Positions 42,637-52,442 of a stretch of DNA of 64,000 bases are shown here, piece after piece; within the stretch, counting starts at the first letter, position 1; every line of letters starts with the position of its first letter. This stretch comes from Escherichia coli (GTDB lineage Bacteria; Pseudomonadota; Gammaproteobacteria; Enterobacterales; Enterobacteriaceae): NCBI RefSeq assembly GCF_048403405.1, contig NZ_CP183129.1. The stretch is one strand, 5' to 3'. The position numbers and the translations under genes were made by a program. The notes under the pieces were generated by a model. It ran no database searches. It saw nothing but the letters and a program-made list of their open reading frames with translations, and was not told where the DNA came from.

Positions 42637-42931
42637 AGATTGTTTTCAATTGATTGATAATGAAAGGATTCGCTTGCAAAAGCAGGAGCAATTTTCGGGG
42701 TGCTCCGGTAGGTTGACGGCGTTTGGTTTCCCAGCTTTTGACCAGGTCATAACTTACCCCTACGGCGACAGCAAAATCTTGCTGACGTAAACCCGTTGCT
42801 TCACGGATCGCTTTTACATCGATTTCGCTAAAAGTATGGACGTGCTCTGGTTCAGGCGCTTCTTCACCCTTTTCGATGCGTACCATTTCTTCTGCGCTGG
42901 CAAGAAGATCAGCAAATAATTCGTCTTTCAT
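42635..42931 (-). CDS. putative HTH (XRE-family) antitoxin, HigA-like
   Basis: 98 aa; C-terminal helix-turn-helix (GLRQQDFAVAVGVSYDLVKSWETKRRQPTGAPRKLL); GGAGG Shine-Dalgarno 12 nt upstream; follows the toxin ORF on the same strand. Confidence 0.6.
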   Translation of the reverse strand: MKDELFADLLASAEEMVRIEKGEEAPEPEHVHTFSEIDVKAIREATGLRQQDFAVAVGVSYDLVKSWETKRRQPTGAPRKLLLLLQANPFIINQLKTI

Positions 42932-42989
42932 CTGTTTTCAATGCCTCCGTTGGCATTTCGGCCATGGTGGAATTTGTGGAGCTTCAACA

Positions 42990-43307
42990 TTAAAGCAGCT
43001 TCTCGGACAATAGTTTCAATGCCTTTCTTTGTTCTTCTGTTAAATCATCCTGTTCATTTTTAGGATAAATCAACGCCAGATAAATTCGGCCATTGCGTGT
43101 TACGTTGTAATAAATTATCCGAATGCCACCCCGTTTCCCCATTCCAGAACGGTTCCAGCGAATTTTTCTAAAACTGCCTGTGCCTGCGATAATGTCACCG
43201 GCAGTGGGATCTTGAATGAGTAGTTCCTGAAAAGCCCGGAACTCATCATCAGGTAACAATAACTGGCGGCGTTTGCTAAATCCTTGTAGTTCAATAAACG
43301 TGAACAT
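42990..43307 (-). CDS. putative RelE/HigB-superfamily toxin (Gp49-like)
   Basis: 105 aa; motif GGIRIIYY...IYLALIYPKNEQDDLT typical of Gp49/HigB-type toxins (from memory); toxin-first gene order; own promoter-like TATAAT downstream of the pck terminator. Confidence 0.55.
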   Translation of the reverse strand: MFTFIELQGFSKRRQLLLPDDEFRAFQELLIQDPTAGDIIAGTGSFRKIRWNRSGMGKRGGIRIIYYNVTRNGRIYLALIYPKNEQDDLTEEQRKALKLLSEKLL

Positions 43308-43373
43308 AATGCATCCTGCGGTCTATTGATAATTATAAGTGTACCGTGTACATATTGGTAGCTAATTAGATAT

Positions 43374-43404
43374 AAAAAAACCCCTTATCCGTTTGGATAA
43401 GGGG
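43374..43404 (-). terminator. intrinsic terminator after pck
   Basis: ccccttatcc-gtttg-gataagggg hairpin followed on the minus strand by a run of 7 U. Confidence 0.65.
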
Positions 43405-43423
43405 TCAATGAGATTTCAGCTGA

Positions 43424-45046
43424 TTACAGCTTCGGACCAGCCGCTACCAGCGCGGCACCCGCAGGGGTGTCGGTGTATTTATCGAAGTTGTCGATAAACA
43501 GTTTCGCCAGGGTTTCAGCTTTTTCCTGCCACTGTTCCGGAGAAGCGTAGGTATTACGCGGATCGAGGATCTTAGTGTCAACACCCGGCAGCTCGGTCGG
43601 AATCGCCAGGTTAAACATCGGCAGAGTGAAGGTTTCTGCGTTATCCAGCGAACCGTTGAGGATGGCGTCGATAATGGCGCGGGTATCTTTAATCGAGATA
43701 CGTTTGCCAGTGCCGTTCCAGCCGGTGTTAACCAGATACGCCTGCGCGCCTGCCGCCTGCATACGTTTCACCAGCACTTCTGCGTACTGAGTCGGGTGCA
43801 GCGACAGGAATGCCGCGCCGAAGCAGGCGGAGAAAGTTGGCGTCGGTTCGGTGATGCCGCGCTCTGTACCAGCCAGTTTGGCGGTGAAGCCAGAGAGGAA
43901 GTGGTACTGGGTTTGATCGGCAGTCAGACGAGAAACCGGCGGCAGCACACCAAAGGCGTCTGCGGTCAGGAAGATAACTTTAGTTGCGTGGCCCGCTTTG
44001 GAAACCGGCTTAACGATGTTTTCGATGTGATAGATCGGATAAGAAACGCGGGTGTTCTCGGTTTTTGAACCATCATCAAAGTCGATAGTGCCATCTTCAC
44101 GCACGGTGACGTTTTCCAGCAGCGCATCACGACGGATAGCGTTGTAGATTTCAGGTTCCGCTTCTTTCGACAGCTTGATAGTTTTTGCGTAGCAGCCGCC
44201 TTCGAAGTTAAATACGCCGTCATCGTCCCAGCCGTGTTCGTCATCGCCAATCAGGCGACGTTTCGGGTCGGTGGAAAGGGTGGTTTTACCGGTGCCGGAA
44301 AGGCCGAAGAACACCGCAACATCGCCTTTCTCACCAACGTTGGCGGAGCAGTGCATAGAAGCGATACCTTTCAGCGGTAGCAGGTAGTTCATCATTGAGA
44401 ACATCCCTTTCTTCATTTCGCCGCCGTACCAGGTGCCGCCAATCAGCTGCATGCGCTCGGTCAGGTTAAACGCCACGAAGTTTTCGGAGTTCAGACCCTG
44501 TTCTTTCCACTGCGGATTAGTGCACTTCGCGCCGTTCATAACGATAAAGTCTGGTTTGAAACCTGCCAGCTCTTCATCGCTCGGGCGAATAAACATGTTT
44601 TTGACAAAATGCGCCTGCCAGGCCACTTCGGTGATGAAACGGACGGAAAGACGAGTATCCGGGTTCGCACCACAGAAAGCGTCGACAACGAACAGACGTT
44701 TGCCGGAAAGCTGTTTGGTCACCAGGCCTTTCAGATGCTGCCAGGTTTCCGGAGAGAGAGGTTTGTTGTCGTTCTTACCTTTGCCTTTGTCTGCCCACCA
44801 GAAAGTATCGCGAGTGGTATCGTCACGGACGATATACTTATCTTTTGGTGAACGACCGGTGAAGATCCCGGTATCGACGGCAACGGCACCCAGATTAGTT
44901 AACACCCCGCGCTCATAACCTGTCAGGCTCGGATCGAGCTCTTCCTGATACAGCAGGTCGTAGCTTGGGTTGTAAACGATATCATGTACGTCACTGATAC
45001 CATAAGCCTCGAGTTCTTGCGGGGTCAAACCATTGTTAACGCGCAT
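43424..45046 (-). CDS. pck: phosphoenolpyruvate carboxykinase (ATP)
   Basis: ORF 43424..45115; 540 aa protein starts at the internal [36 protein letters not shown]; kinase P-loop GLSGTGKTT. Confidence 0.95.
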   Translation of the reverse strand: MRVNNGLTPQELEAYGISDVHDIVYNPSYDLLYQEELDPSLTGYERGVLTNLGAVAVDTGIFTGRSPKDKYIVRDDTTRDTFWWADKGKGKNDNKPLSPETWQHLKGLVTKQLSGKRLFVVDAFCGANPDTRLSVRFITEVAWQAHFVKNMFIRPSDEELAGFKPDFIVMNGAKCTNPQWKEQGLNSENFVAFNLTERMQLIGGTWYGGEMKKGMFSMMNYLLPLKGIASMHCSANVGEKGDVAVFFGLSGTGKTTLSTDPKRRLIGDDEHGWDDDGVFNFEGGCYAKTIKLSKEAEPEIYNAIRRDALLENVTVREDGTIDFDDGSKTENTRVSYPIYHIENIVKPVSKAGHATKVIFLTADAFGVLPPVSRLTADQTQYHFLSGFTAKLAGTERGITEPTPTFSACFGAAFLSLHPTQYAEVLVKRMQAAGAQAYLVNTGWNGTGKRISIKDTRAIIDAILNGSLDNAETFTLPMFNLAIPTELPGVDTKILDPRNTYASPEQWQEKAETLAKLFIDNFDKYTDTPAGAALVAAGPKL

Positions 45047-45424
45047 TTCACTGCTCCTTAGCCAATATGTATTGCCTGAATAGTAAAGTCTTTTTGGGGG
45101 TGTTAACCGCGACAAGGCTCATAGATTTACGTATCTGGAGAAATTCATATTTGACAAAAAACTCCGTGATTCCTGTCACGAAACGGTTGCTATTATCGCA
45201 GAAATAGCATTTTAGGTGTGGAAAATGTTCTTAAAAGGTTAAATCTTGGTTTATATGGCGGGAATATTGTGAGTGGAATCGCATTCCTGAATGAAATTGA
45301 TGCAAATTCAATCGGTAAAGTATCGATTCACCACGCTAACTTTTTTTGATTATTTTCTGAAAAAAGCAAAATACTACGGCCCGGATGCGATAATTAACCC
45401 ACTTTTTGATTCTGGATAACTAAC

Positions 45425-47149
45425 GTGGATAACGTTGAACTTTCACCCGCAACACGCTGGGGGATGATTGCTACCGGATTACTTCAGGGTCTGGTTTGCT
45501 ACCTACTGATCGCCGGGCTTGCCGGAAAAAATCTCAGTTGGATTGTTTATGGCGTGCCTGCGACCGTCGCGTTTTCATCCGTTTTACTCTTCTCCGTGAT
45601 CTCCTTTAAACAGAAGCGCTTTTGGGGATGGCTGGCGCTGGTGTTTATTGCCACGCTAGGGATGAGCGGTTGGCTAAAGTGGCAAATTGATGGCATGAAC
45701 CACTGGAGAGCAGAAAAGACGCTTTGGGATTTTGGCTGCTATCTGCTGCTGATGGCAATGTTGTTGCTACCGTGGATACAACAAAGCCTTCGCATCCGCA
45801 ATGACAGTAGCCGCTATCGCTATTTTTACCAGTCAGTATGGCATAACGCACTTATATTACTGGTGATTTTTCTCGCCAATGGCCTGACGTGGCTGGTGCT
45901 TTTACTGTGGGGTGAGTTGTTTAAACTTGTTGGCATCACGTTTTTCAAAACGCTCTTTTTTGCAACCGACTGGTTTATTTATCTCACGTTAGGTCTGGTT
46001 ACCGCGCTGGCGGTGATCCTCGCGCGAACACAGTCACGTTTAATCGACTCTATTCAAAAGTTGTTCACGTTAATCGCCACGGGGTTGCTGCCGTTAGTAT
46101 CATTGCTAACCCTGATGTTTATCATCACCCTGCCGTTTACGGGCCTGAGCGCGATTTCTCGCCACATCTCCGCCGCCGGGCTGCTGTTGACGCTGGCCTT
46201 TTTGCAATTGATCTTAATGGCTATTGTCCGCGATCCGCAAAAATCGTCACTTCCCTGGACGGGGCCGTTGCGTTGCCTGATTAAAACCGCTCTGCTGGCT
46301 GCTCCGCTGTATGTGTTCGTCGCCGCCTGGGCGTTATGGCTGCGGGTCGCTCAGTACGGCTGGACTGTCGACCGCTTGCAGGGCGCGCTGGCGGTGCTGG
46401 TGTTACTGGTATGGTCGCTGGGGTATTTTGTCAGTATCGTCTGGCGTAAAGGGCAAAACCCCCTTGTTCTTCAGGGCAAAGTGAACCTTGCGGTTTCGTT
46501 ATTGGTGTTGGTAATACTGGTGCTTCTTAATTCTCCGGTGCTGGACAGTATGCGCATTAGCGTGAACAGTCATATGGCGCGTTATCAGAGCGGCAAAAAC
46601 ACGCCAGACCAGGTAAGTCTCTACATGCTCGAACAGAGCGGTCGCTATGGACGTGCGGCGCTTGAGTCGCTGAAAAGCGATGCCGGGTTTATGAAAGACC
46701 CGAAACGCGCGCGGGATCTGTTGATGGCGTTAGATGGAGAGCAACATCTTCAGCAACAGATATCGGAAAAAGTATTAGCCGAAAATGTGTTAATTGCCCC
46801 TGGTTCTGGTAAACCGGATGCGACATTCTGGTCGGCCTTAATCCAGGATCGCTATAACGTGATGACCTGTATTGAAAAAGACGCCTGCGTACTGGTCGAG
46901 CAAGATCTGAATAGTGATGGCAGGGCAGAGCGGATCCTCTTTGCCTTTGATGATGAAAGATACATTGTCTATGGCTTTGATCCTGACAAGAAAGAATGGC
47001 AAGAGCTTACGATGAGTTTACTTCCGCGTGATATAACGAAAGAAAAATTACTCACAGCTGCGAAGGATGGAAAACTGGGAACGAAGCCTAAAGCGTGGCG
47101 CGATCTTGTAGTGGATGGTGAAAGGCTGGATGTGAATCTGAATGAGTGA
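45425..47149 (+). CDS. yhgE: polytopic inner-membrane protein of unknown function (YhgE-like)
   Basis: 574 aa, many hydrophobic segments; conserved position between pck and hslO. Confidence 0.85.
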   Translation: MDNVELSPATRWGMIATGLLQGLVCYLLIAGLAGKNLSWIVYGVPATVAFSSVLLFSVISFKQKRFWGWLALVFIATLGMSGWLKWQIDGMNHWRAEKTLWDFGCYLLLMAMLLLPWIQQSLRIRNDSSRYRYFYQSVWHNALILLVIFLANGLTWLVLLLWGELFKLVGITFFKTLFFATDWFIYLTLGLVTALAVILARTQSRLIDSIQKLFTLIATGLLPLVSLLTLMFIITLPFTGLSAISRHISAAGLLLTLAFLQLILMAIVRDPQKSSLPWTGPLRCLIKTALLAAPLYVFVAAWALWLRVAQYGWTVDRLQGALAVLVLLVWSLGYFVSIVWRKGQNPLVLQGKVNLAVSLLVLVILVLLNSPVLDSMRISVNSHMARYQSGKNTPDQVSLYMLEQSGRYGRAALESLKSDAGFMKDPKRARDLLMALDGEQHLQQQISEKVLAENVLIAPGSGKPDATFWSALIQDRYNVMTCIEKDACVLVEQDLNSDGRAERILFAFDDERYIVYGFDPDKKEWQELTMSLLPRDITKEKLLTAAKDGKLGTKPKAWRDLVVDGERLDVNLNE

Positions 47150-47178
47150 CAAAGCGCATCAGGTGTATTAGTCGTAAA

Positions 47179-47202
47179 ATCCGGCAGAGCCCTCTCTGCC
47201 GG
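47179..47202. terminator. hairpin between convergent yhgE and hslO
   Basis: tccggcagag-ccct-ctctgccgga inverted repeat with an adjacent A/T run. Confidence 0.45.
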
Positions 47203-47211
47203 ACATACTCA

Positions 47212-48090
47212 TTAATGAACTTGCGGATCTGCCGGAGACGCGTTGTTGCGGATTTCAGCAATATCCATCGCATTGAACAGATAGTGGTTACCGCAGTAAT
47301 CGCAATGCATGTCAATTTCGCCATCTTCCGCCAGGATGCTATCGACTTCTTCATCCGGCAGCGTTTTTAGCGCGTCGGCGCAACGTTCACGCGAGCAGGT
47401 GCATTTGAACTCCACATCCTGCGGATCGTAAACCGTCACCTCTTCTTCGTGATACAAACGCCACAACACTTCGTTTGCCGGTAAGGTCAGCAGTTCTTCG
47501 GTTTTGATGGTTTCGGTTAGCGTCGCCAGGTGGTCAAAGTCGTCCTGCTGGGCATTTTGCGCAGGCATTACCTGCAACAACATACCGCCTGCAGCCGGTT
47601 TGCCGTCTACGTCGCCGGTGCGAATAAACAGGCGCGTCGGCAGCTGTTCAGAACGCATAAAGTAATCTTCCAGGCAGGCCGCCAGGGTATCACCTTCCAG
47701 ACCCACCACGCCCTGATAGCGTTCACCTTCGCTCGGGGTGATGGTGATCACCACGTAACCATTGCCGACCAGCGTTTTCAGGTCGGCATTTTCCGGAATT
47801 TCGCCCTGCACGCGCGCCACACCGCGCATCTGCTGGTTGTTGTTACCGTTAATAACCGCCAGATTCATCGGACCGTCGCCTTGCAGCTGTACGGTGATAT
47901 CACCATCAAACTTCAGCGTAGCGGTTAACAGGCTGGTCGCAACCAGCAGTTCTGCCAGCACGTTTTTAACGGGCTGTGGATAATCGTGATTCTCAAGGAT
48001 CTGTTGCAAGGTTTCCGAAACGGTTACCAGTTCGCCGCGAACGGCAAAGTTTTCAAACAGATAGCGATGTAATTGGTCATGTTGCGGCAT
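47212..48090 (-). CDS. hslO: redox-regulated chaperone Hsp33
   Basis: ORF 47212..48096; C-terminal zinc centre CTCSRERC...CDYCGNHY; probable start [15 protein letters not shown]. Confidence 0.95.
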   Translation of the reverse strand: MPQHDQLHRYLFENFAVRGELVTVSETLQQILENHDYPQPVKNVLAELLVATSLLTATLKFDGDITVQLQGDGPMNLAVINGNNNQQMRGVARVQGEIPENADLKTLVGNGYVVITITPSEGERYQGVVGLEGDTLAACLEDYFMRSEQLPTRLFIRTGDVDGKPAAGGMLLQVMPAQNAQQDDFDHLATLTETIKTEELLTLPANEVLWRLYHEEEVTVYDPQDVEFKCTCSRERCADALKTLPDEEVDSILAEDGEIDMHCDYCGNHYLFNAMDIAEIRNNASPADPQVH

Positions 48091-48114
48091 AATCATCTCT
48101 CTTGCAGGTGACAG

Positions 48115-48516
48115 TTATTCACTGTCGCCGTGTTTAAATCGTAACAGGTCGCGGCGCTCTTTTTTGTCCGGGCGTCGGTCCGGGTGCGGCATGGTTAAGG
48201 CATTAAGTTTACGTGCCAGCGCCATTTTTTCGCGTTTCTCTACACTTTCCGCAGTCTCTTCATACAGCAAGGCTGCCTCGCTGGCGGGGCGACGCTGTTC
48301 AGTAATCGCCTTTACAATCACCGTGCGTTCGTCATTTCCCTGGCGCAGAGTGAGCGTGGCATTCAGCTCGACGATTTTGCTCGGCTTGCTGCGCTGCCCG
48401 TTGTAATGCACCTTACCGCCTTCAATCATTTCACGGGCCAGCGCGCGGGTTTTATAAAAACGGGCAGCCCATAGCCATTTATCCAGTCGAACCTCAACAG
48501 CAGGTTTTTCTTTCAT
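48115..48516 (-). CDS. hslR: heat shock protein 15 (ribosome-associated, S4 domain)
   Basis: 133 aa, MKEKPAVEVRLDKWLWAARFYKTRALAREMIEGGKVHYNG. Confidence 0.95.
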   Translation of the reverse strand: MKEKPAVEVRLDKWLWAARFYKTRALAREMIEGGKVHYNGQRSKPSKIVELNATLTLRQGNDERTVIVKAITEQRRPASEAALLYEETAESVEKREKMALARKLNALTMPHPDRRPDKKERRDLLRFKHGDSE

Positions 48517-48526
48517 GGCGTCTCCT

Positions 48527-49195
48527 TCACATTAGCGAGGGGATCAGGCGGCGGTAGTCATTCAGTGACGGATGGCGTTGATACTGTTTCTCGGCAATCC
48601 CGGAGTCAGGATTAGTCACGCCGAGGCAGTAACGAATACCAAATTGCGCGGCAGCATCGAGAATCGCTTCGCTGTCATCAATAAACAGCGTTCTTTCAGC
48701 TTTCAGTCCCGTAGCTTCGGCCACCGCATGCCATAACCGCTGATCCTCTTTCGGATAACCAAATGTGTGGGTGGAAAGTAATAAATCAAGGTGTGCGTCC
48801 AGACCGGTATGCTCAAGTTTTACCGCCAGGTTGTGCGGATGAGCATTGGTGAGCAAAATTCGCTGCTTACCGCTGGCTTTCAGTGCCTCAAGAAACGGAA
48901 TGGTATCTTCACGCAGTACGGCACGCGGTCCCATCTCGGTGGTCATCGCACAGATATCCAGACCCAGTTGCTCACTCCAGTAATCAAGACAGTACCAGTT
49001 TAGCGTATGCTGTACGTCGTGATATTGCTGGCGCATATATTCCATCGCTTCCTGTGGCGTAACCCCGTTTTTCGCGCCCCATGTTTCAGGCACCAGCTTT
49101 TGCCAGAAATAGTTATCGAAGGCGAGGTCGAGCAACGTGCCGTCCATATCCAGCAGAACGGTATCTACGTCCTGCCAGGCAATGTTGATATGCAT
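48527..49195 (-). CDS. yrfG: HAD-family nucleotidase
   Basis: ORF 48527..49240; HAD motif I LLDMDGTLLD near the N-terminus; probable start MHINIAWQDVDTV. Confidence 0.85.
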   Translation of the reverse strand: MHINIAWQDVDTVLLDMDGTLLDLAFDNYFWQKLVPETWGAKNGVTPQEAMEYMRQQYHDVQHTLNWYCLDYWSEQLGLDICAMTTEMGPRAVLREDTIPFLEALKASGKQRILLTNAHPHNLAVKLEHTGLDAHLDLLLSTHTFGYPKEDQRLWHAVAEATGLKAERTLFIDDSEAILDAAAQFGIRYCLGVTNPDSGIAEKQYQRHPSLNDYRRLIPSLM

Positions 49196-49259
49196 GAGGG
49201 AAATCTCCAGAGTGAAGCAATTTGCGCGACAGGGTAGCATAACCTGCCGCGCAAACGTG

Positions 49260-51395
49260 TTATTCGATAAGGCTTTCTGAAGGGGTGATCAGTTGCGGGT
49301 TCAGGCAGCTTTCATAATAGGCCTGAATCTTCATCATGCGAGTACGATGACGCTGGTAACGACGCCAGGCCTGTACGCCATTATAAATGGCGCTACCCAG
49401 CATCGTCAGTAGCAGCAGCGTGGTGCTGAGATAGCGCCACAGGCCGGAACGATCCGGGATCGGATGAAGGCCAATATGCTGCGTACCATTGGCGTCAGTG
49501 AAGATTTTTGTGACGATACCTTCGGCGTTAAACGGCGTATGCATCAGCATTTGTGCCAGTTTCTGGAAAGCGTTCCACTGTTCTTGCGGCGGATAGTCGT
49601 AAAGTGATGCCGAAGGCCAGGGCTGATCAACAAAATCGCTGCCTTCGTCGCTGACAATCAGGAATCCACCGGGAGCCGGACTGTTTAGTGATTGTGCCGC
49701 TCGCGCCGTTTCATGCGTGATAAACGGCGCGGTGGAGGTTGCCACCAGGTTATCCAGTGATTCCGCACTCACCGGGCGTAATAACACATTCACGCCATCG
49801 AGTTTCCCGGCGTTGGCGCGTTTTACCAGCGCGTCCCAGTCTTTACTGTTACCGAGATTGACCAGCGCATTTTTCAGTCGCACACAGTCATCTTTGGCAG
49901 AACACAGATCCGCTGTCTTCAGTACTATGTCGCCAAAATCATCAAGCAATACCATGCCGGATTTTTGAATTGCTGAACGTAATGAGGCGCTGACGCGAGA
50001 TTCATCTTCCGGTTTAGGGTGCAGCTGGCGATTAACTGCTTCGGTCAATGCCGTCGCTTTGTTGACCAATTCAGATTCTGGTAATGGCAATGAGCGGGCG
50101 TCATTCCAGATGATCTGCGAGCAGTCAAACGGTAAAAAAGGTGAGTTGGTTTTCGCGCTCCAGGTACCGGAAGTGCGAATATTACACATTCCCGTACCGC
50201 TAATACGCAATGTATCGCCAACCCGCACGCCAGCGTCAGCCAGTTGTTTCACGCTGGTGGCTTCAATGGTCTGCGCGCCTTTCATCCACGAGAGGGTGAA
50301 TTTCAGCGGCATATCCAGCGGGATCCAGAATAACAGCATAAACAGCACCAGTAGCGAGCCCGCAGCGATAATCGTACTGCGCAGCCAGTGCTGTAACGGA
50401 AAGTTTTTTACTTCATCATGCAGCGAAAGATATCGCCCCTGACGCACTACGTGGCGGTCGAGATAGATATCGATATCGGTTTGTTGACCGAGATCCTGAG
50501 CAATGTATGGCTGCCAGTGTGCGGGGTAGACCAGGTCGATAATACCGAGTGAAATATTGTTGATCTGTTCCTGATCGTTTTCGCCAAACAATCCCCAACG
50601 ACGGGGTGTACCGCGCAGACAATGAATTTCCCGCAGGGAGGATTTTGCCGGGGGCGCGAATAGCCCCCACAGACCTGCGCCCAGCAGCAGTAACGCGCCG
50701 CCTGCCAGCCACGGAACAAATACATCCGGGGTAATCAGGCAGAAAAAGAACATCAGGAATGAGGCGACAATCAGCAACGCTTCACGCAGCCCGCGCGGAC
50801 GACTTAGCGCATACTCTTCGTGCGTTTCTTTGCGAATATTGAGTAGCTCGATTTGCTCACTCTCTTCCCCGCGAATCGACGCCTGTGTTGACGGAACAGG
50901 TTGCAAGGCATAGCCGCGAGTTTCCTGCATGTACTCCTGCAGCGTATGACCGTTGAGTGAAATAACCAGCGGCAGCGAATTGGTATGAATCAGTTCAACG
51001 GTATTCTCATCGTTGATGTACTGCTCCCAGAAAGGGGGCAGGTGGACTTCTACCGAATCGAGGTAGTAACGCCATTTATTCGGATCGTCGGTAGAGATGC
51101 CGTAACGCGTGATAGCGTGTGTCAGCATCATGACGTTGTTGCTTTCGGCATTCAGCGCCAGAGAGATCGGTGCCGCGCTGGCTCCCGTTGGGCCAGGCAC
51201 CTGTAATACCTGCGTCAGGCTCTCAAGATAATTTTCAGCGGCGCTATGTTCTTCAGGTGTGAGTTTACGCGTTTGCGCATCCGCGAAGGCGTTGATCCAG
51301 GGCAGCTGACGCCGTCTGGATCGCACTTTTATCAGCCATCCCGCAAGTAGTGAGCAGGCCAGCAAAGCAGCTAAAAAAATCACAATGGTGCTCAT
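49260..51395 (-). CDS. igaA: intracellular growth attenuator IgaA-family inner-membrane protein
   Basis: 711 aa with N-terminal and internal TM segments; conserved position between yrfG and nudE. Confidence 0.9.
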   Translation of the reverse strand: MSTIVIFLAALLACSLLAGWLIKVRSRRRQLPWINAFADAQTRKLTPEEHSAAENYLESLTQVLQVPGPTGASAAPISLALNAESNNVMMLTHAITRYGISTDDPNKWRYYLDSVEVHLPPFWEQYINDENTVELIHTNSLPLVISLNGHTLQEYMQETRGYALQPVPSTQASIRGEESEQIELLNIRKETHEEYALSRPRGLREALLIVASFLMFFFCLITPDVFVPWLAGGALLLLGAGLWGLFAPPAKSSLREIHCLRGTPRRWGLFGENDQEQINNISLGIIDLVYPAHWQPYIAQDLGQQTDIDIYLDRHVVRQGRYLSLHDEVKNFPLQHWLRSTIIAAGSLLVLFMLLFWIPLDMPLKFTLSWMKGAQTIEATSVKQLADAGVRVGDTLRISGTGMCNIRTSGTWSAKTNSPFLPFDCSQIIWNDARSLPLPESELVNKATALTEAVNRQLHPKPEDESRVSASLRSAIQKSGMVLLDDFGDIVLKTADLCSAKDDCVRLKNALVNLGNSKDWDALVKRANAGKLDGVNVLLRPVSAESLDNLVATSTAPFITHETARAAQSLNSPAPGGFLIVSDEGSDFVDQPWPSASLYDYPPQEQWNAFQKLAQMLMHTPFNAEGIVTKIFTDANGTQHIGLHPIPDRSGLWRYLSTTLLLLTMLGSAIYNGVQAWRRYQRHRTRMMKIQAYYESCLNPQLITPSESLIE

Positions 51396-51714
51396 GCTTT
51401 CCCCATCTTACTTAGTCTGTCAGGCGTGGTCAGTCGCACCGGACACAATACATGATTCTGCGGTTGGCTATCGGCAAGCGTGGAGTTTAACTTGAGCATC
51501 ATTAAGCACATCACAGTAACCGCTGATCATAGCAAACCCTCTGAAGGCGGAATATCAGCAAATTCCTGGAGTTATTTCAACCTATTGACTTTTAATTTGA
51601 TTTGAGGACGATTATTTATTAAGTTACATAAATGTAAATAACATGCAATTCACATTGCCGAAAGCGTGTCCGATATCGCACAATAACCGCTGATTTCACA
51701 GCATAGATCCCACG

Positions 51715-52275
51715 ATGAGCAAATCATTACAAAAACCCACCATTCTGAATGTTGAAACTGTAGCCCGTTCCCGACTGTTTACCGTCGAAAGCGTGGATCT
51801 GGAGTTCAGCAATGGCGTGCGGCGTGTTTATGAACGAATGCGTCCAACCAACCGGGAAGCAGTGATGATTGTGCCGATTGTGGACGATCACCTGATCCTG
51901 ATCCGCGAATACGCAGTGGGAACTGAATCCTACGAATTAGGTTTTTCGAAAGGATTAATTGATCCGGGTGAAAGCGTCTTCGAAGCCGCAAACCGCGAGC
52001 TAAAAGAAGAGGTTGGATTTGGTGCGAACGATCTGACTTTTTTGAAGAAGCTCAGCATGGCACCGTCTTACTTTTCCAGCAAAATGAATATCGTGGTAGC
52101 GCAAGATCTCTACCCGGAATCACTGGAAGGCGATGAGCCAGAGCCGCTACCACAGGTGCGCTGGCCGCTGGCGCATATGATGGATTTGCTGGAAGACCCT
52201 GACTTCAACGAAGCGCGTAATGTCAGCGCGCTGTTCCTCGTGCGCGAATGGTTGAAAGGGCAGGGGCGGTTGTAA
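51715..52275 (+). CDS. nudE: ADP compounds hydrolase (Nudix)
   Basis: 186 aa; Nudix box GLIDPGESVFEAANRELKEEVGF. Confidence 0.9.
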   Translation: MSKSLQKPTILNVETVARSRLFTVESVDLEFSNGVRRVYERMRPTNREAVMIVPIVDDHLILIREYAVGTESYELGFSKGLIDPGESVFEAANRELKEEVGFGANDLTFLKKLSMAPSYFSSKMNIVVAQDLYPESLEGDEPEPLPQVRWPLAHMMDLLEDPDFNEARNVSALFLVREWLKGQGRL

Positions 52276-52288
52276 ATGCGTGAAGTTT

Positions 52289-52314
52289 GCCTGATGCATA
52301 ATGCTTATCAGGCC
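52289..52314. repeat. REP-type palindromic element
   Basis: gcctgatgcataatgcttatcaggcc hairpin between nudE and mrcA. Confidence 0.5.
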
Positions 52315-52415
52315 TGTGCGGCTCCTGCAATATATTGATTTTTCTAGATGTTGCTAGACGGGTAAAGTGTTCACGCCGTATCCGGTATAAACAAAGTGCA
52401 CTTTGTCAGCAAACT

Positions 52416-52441
52416 TAAAAAGGCGCTGAAGCGCCTTTTTA
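52416..52441. terminator. bidirectional intrinsic terminator between nudE and mrcA
   Basis: aaaaaggcgc-tgaa-gcgccttttt: hairpin flanked by A-run and T-run. Confidence 0.65.
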
Positions 52442-52442
52442 A

